Source of the DNA: Mayamaea pseudoterrestris | Lineage: Eukaryota | Length of the DNA: 64,000 nt | Assembly (NCBI GenBank): GCA_027923505.1 | Contig: BROI01000020.1 | Location: 1-64,000, forward strand | Reading direction: 5' to 3' | Shown here: positions 60,906-64,000 of the stretch, in pieces | Layout of the letters: each line of letters starts with the position of its first letter | How positions within the stretch are numbered: position 1 is the stretch's first letter | Position numbers and translations under genes: made by a program | The notes under the pieces: model-generated | What the model saw: the letters and a program-made list of their open reading frames with translations, nothing else | The model's database searches: none | What the model was told of the DNA's origin: nothing

Positions 60906-63900
60906 ATGGTGGAAACTCGCGCGCAAAAGGACGCGGCTTTCGCGCATGTTTACAAAGAGAACGTAGGCGTTTTCCAGGATCCTCAGTTCAAGGAGTTATT
61001 CGACAAACTTGGAGTAGAATCACTTACGCAATTGATCGAGATGGAGTATGACAATTTCGCGATGAAGTGGAACGTCACGACGACGACTGACGATGGCGAC
61101 AATGTCACGCAGGAAACGAGCGAACACTCGCTAACGAAGATGAAACAACGCACGATCACGAACGCGATCGAATGGTATTTGGCGCAAGAGTCGCCGGACA
61201 TCAAGACATGGTCGCAACTGACCAGCGAAACGCTGTTGACGTTCGTCACAGCATGAGCGAAGGAACGAGTCCAAGCACGCAACATTGCGAGTGTGGGCAG
61301 CGGAAGCGGAGCGAAACCTCCAGCAAAAGAAGGCGAAATGGAATCCAAGAAGGACGAATCCAAGGACTCCATGCTATCAAACGAAGGCGATGAGTCGAAA
61401 CCCGACTCGGCTGACAAGGTGCCACCGACGAGCGTGGACGTGGACACAAAGCAGTCACCAACATCCGTATTGGACCTCGGCGACGATGAAGACGACGAGA
61501 AGTATTCAGACCAATTTACAAAGTCTATCAAGTTCTCGGCGAAGGATTGTAAAGAAATGAAGCTGGATTCCTCATGGAAGCAGTGGATTTCCGAGTTGAA
61601 AGTCATCGCTACATTGCGCGACTTCCACGAAGTCTTTGACGATGATTATGACCCGAAGGAAAAGGGACCAAAGGAACAGAAGGTGTATGCAAAGAAGAAT
61701 GTGTTTGTGTACAGAATCTTTCTCACGCACTGTCGAACTCCATCTGCATCACTCGCAGTACAGCAGTTCAAGAAGACGATGGACGGACGCGAAGTCTACC
61801 AACGATTGCAAACGCGATACGAAGAAGGCGCTACTGCTCACATCGAGAAGGAACGCGCGCAAACGGAACTGCAGGGAATGCGGCTGACCGAGAAGTGGTC
61901 ACGGCCGACGATCGAATTTCTCGCACTGTTCTACAAGAAAGTCATCTGGCTGCTCGAAATGGACGCAGAAGCTCTGACAGGTTTACAACAATACGACATG
62001 CTACACGACGCTTTCTCCAAGCACACTGGATTCAGTGCATCGCTAGCAGGTTTTGACGGAATGATTGCCATCAAGAAACACATGGGGCAACACGACTCGG
62101 AAGACAATTTCGCGCAGTTGAACACGCACTTAGAAGAGTGCTGCATCAAGTATGACAAGAAACACCCATCGACGACAAAGACTAAGCGCACAATCAATCA
62201 AGCGCAGTCTAGTGGAACGAAAGGAGGCGGCAGCGGCAATGGCGGCGCGACTCCAAGCAGCTTATCGGCGGAACGATTTGCAGCGATCATGAAGAAACCT
62301 CACGCGAGCGTGAAGGATGAAGTCTGGTTGGAGATGAAGTTCGATCAGTGAAAGCAGTTGAAGGACAAGCGTGCGACGGCGCCCAAGACACCCGAAAACG
62401 GATGGCGACTGCGCAACCAACAAGGCACGGCTACGACGCAGACGCAAGTCAAGGCGGTGCATCAAGAGCATCACGCAACGGAATCTGTAGCGAACGATCA
62501 CGCAAGCGTTCCTGGCACGATTAATATTCAGCCAGGCAATAGTGGAATGTCAGTCCAAACGGCTGCACGATCGGTTCTGCAAGCGAACAATGCGAGTACT
62601 ACAACTCAGCAAGTGACAGGATCGTTGACGACTGATAACACCGGACGAGGTACATTCAGCTTCAACATGCATCGTCGTATGCGCGTCAATCGCGCACACT
62701 ACGAGCGGATCAACGAAGGCGCACTCATCGACAGCGGCGCGAACGGAGGCTTATGCGGAGGAGACATGCTCGTCGTTTCGGAAATGAACGCCGAGGTGGA
62801 TGTGACTGGTATTGACAATCATATTGTCCCAGCTCTCAAGATTGGCACTGCAGCTGGACTGGCTAAGACCCTTAGTGGCGAAACCATTCTACTGATGTGT
62901 CACCAGTATGCTTTAAAGCGAGACGGACCAACGATTCATTGCCCGAATCAATTGCGCGCAATGGGACATCGAGTCGACGATATATCGACCCTGTTTGGTG
63001 GAACGCAACGAATTACGACGAACATTGGAGGCTACGTTTTGCCATTGGCGATTCGCGACGGCCTGGTGTATTTGGACGTGACGAAACCCATGTTCGATGA
63101 TTTGGATAAGTATCCGACTGTCACGATGACGTCGGACGTGCCGTGGAATCCGACTGTTTACGATGTCGAGCACGCACACAACAATTTCGACGAACGCAAT
63201 CACGATTATGGATCTTTCGATGAACGATTCGACGATGACGGTATTACGCACCGCAATTGTCACACGCCGACATGCACTGGCGACGAACTTGACGTACTGA
63301 TCAATCGGTGCGTGCGACACGCTCAGTTTTCACGCGTTAATTTGCGGAAGCTACGAAGCAAGGAACCGGACTACAACGCTCTTCGGCCGTACCTCGGATG
63401 GGTTCCGACTGAGCGATTTCAACAGACTTTATGACACACGGAAGCATGGTATCATCTCAGCAAACATCCGCGATTACCATTTCGACACCTCACGAAATTG
63501 AGATTTCTGGCCGCGAACGTTCAGCGGTTGCGCAAACTATTCGCCATGGACACGATACACTCTGACACGCCAGCTTTGGATGATGGAATTCTAGGGCATG
63601 GGGGAGCTACTAAGATGCAGCTCTTTGTTGGACAAGAAAGTTTTTACACGCGCGGCTACCCAATGAAGTCGGAGAGTGAAATGTCAAACGCGTTAGAGGA
63701 TTTTATCCGCGAAGTGGGCGCTCCTAATGGACTGCTCAGCGACAACGCCAAGTCGGAGACTGGCAAAGCAGTGAGGGATCTCTGTCGGATGTACAATATT
63801 CCTCAAGTGACCACAGAACCGGGTCATCCAGAACAAAATCCATGCGAACGTCACACGTCGCACATTAAGCCAATGATGGAGAACCTTCAACGAGATTTGG

Positions 63901-64000
63901 GTTTGCCAGGCCATTGCTGGGTTTTGCTGATTAAATTCGTAATCATGATTCTGAAAGTCCTTGCGACAAAATCGCTGGGATGGCGCACTCCAACGGAAGT
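60906..64000 (+). mobile_element. Second, degenerate Ty1/copia (CoDi-like) element: gag, protease and integrase in one frame broken by three TGA stops, truncated by the window edge
   Basis: Track ORFs 60846, 61293 and 62358 share one frame. Gag-like QQFKKTMDGREVY, protease LIDSGANGGL. After 63434 the same frame reads MDTIHSDTPALDDG...EDFIREVGAPNGLLSDNAKSE...EPGHPEQNPCER, an integrase DDE core. PR followed directly by IN is the copia order. Confidence 0.9.

Overview
Eukaryotic sequence, most likely a diatom (inferred from spliced genes with short GT-AG introns, diatom-style LRR families and CoDi-like Ty1/copia elements). Bases 1-39392 are one head-to-tail array of a 181-bp, 55% GC satellite (about 220 copies, open at the left edge). 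The array contains a 4987-bp internal duplication and an indel-rich, probably poorly polished stretch at about 17250-27800. All ORFs called in it are spurious. The array ends abruptly at a young, full-length Ty1/copia LTR retrotransposon (39393-47687), the most unusual object in the window. Its LTRs end 5'-AGT...ACT-3' instead of TG...CA. Its Gag ORF carries an extension of about 500 aa with two hydrophobic segments and an Arg-rich tail. Pol lies in the +1 frame with a UUU-CGA slip candidate in the overlap, there are several internal PPT copies, and there is no target-site duplication. Gene-dense sequence follows: mitochondrial malate dehydrogenase (3 exons), exportin-1/CRM1 (2 exons), an unknown secreted protein, a single-pass LRR protein and a second probable LRR-like protein. 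The window ends in a second, unrelated copia element broken by three in-frame TGA stops.
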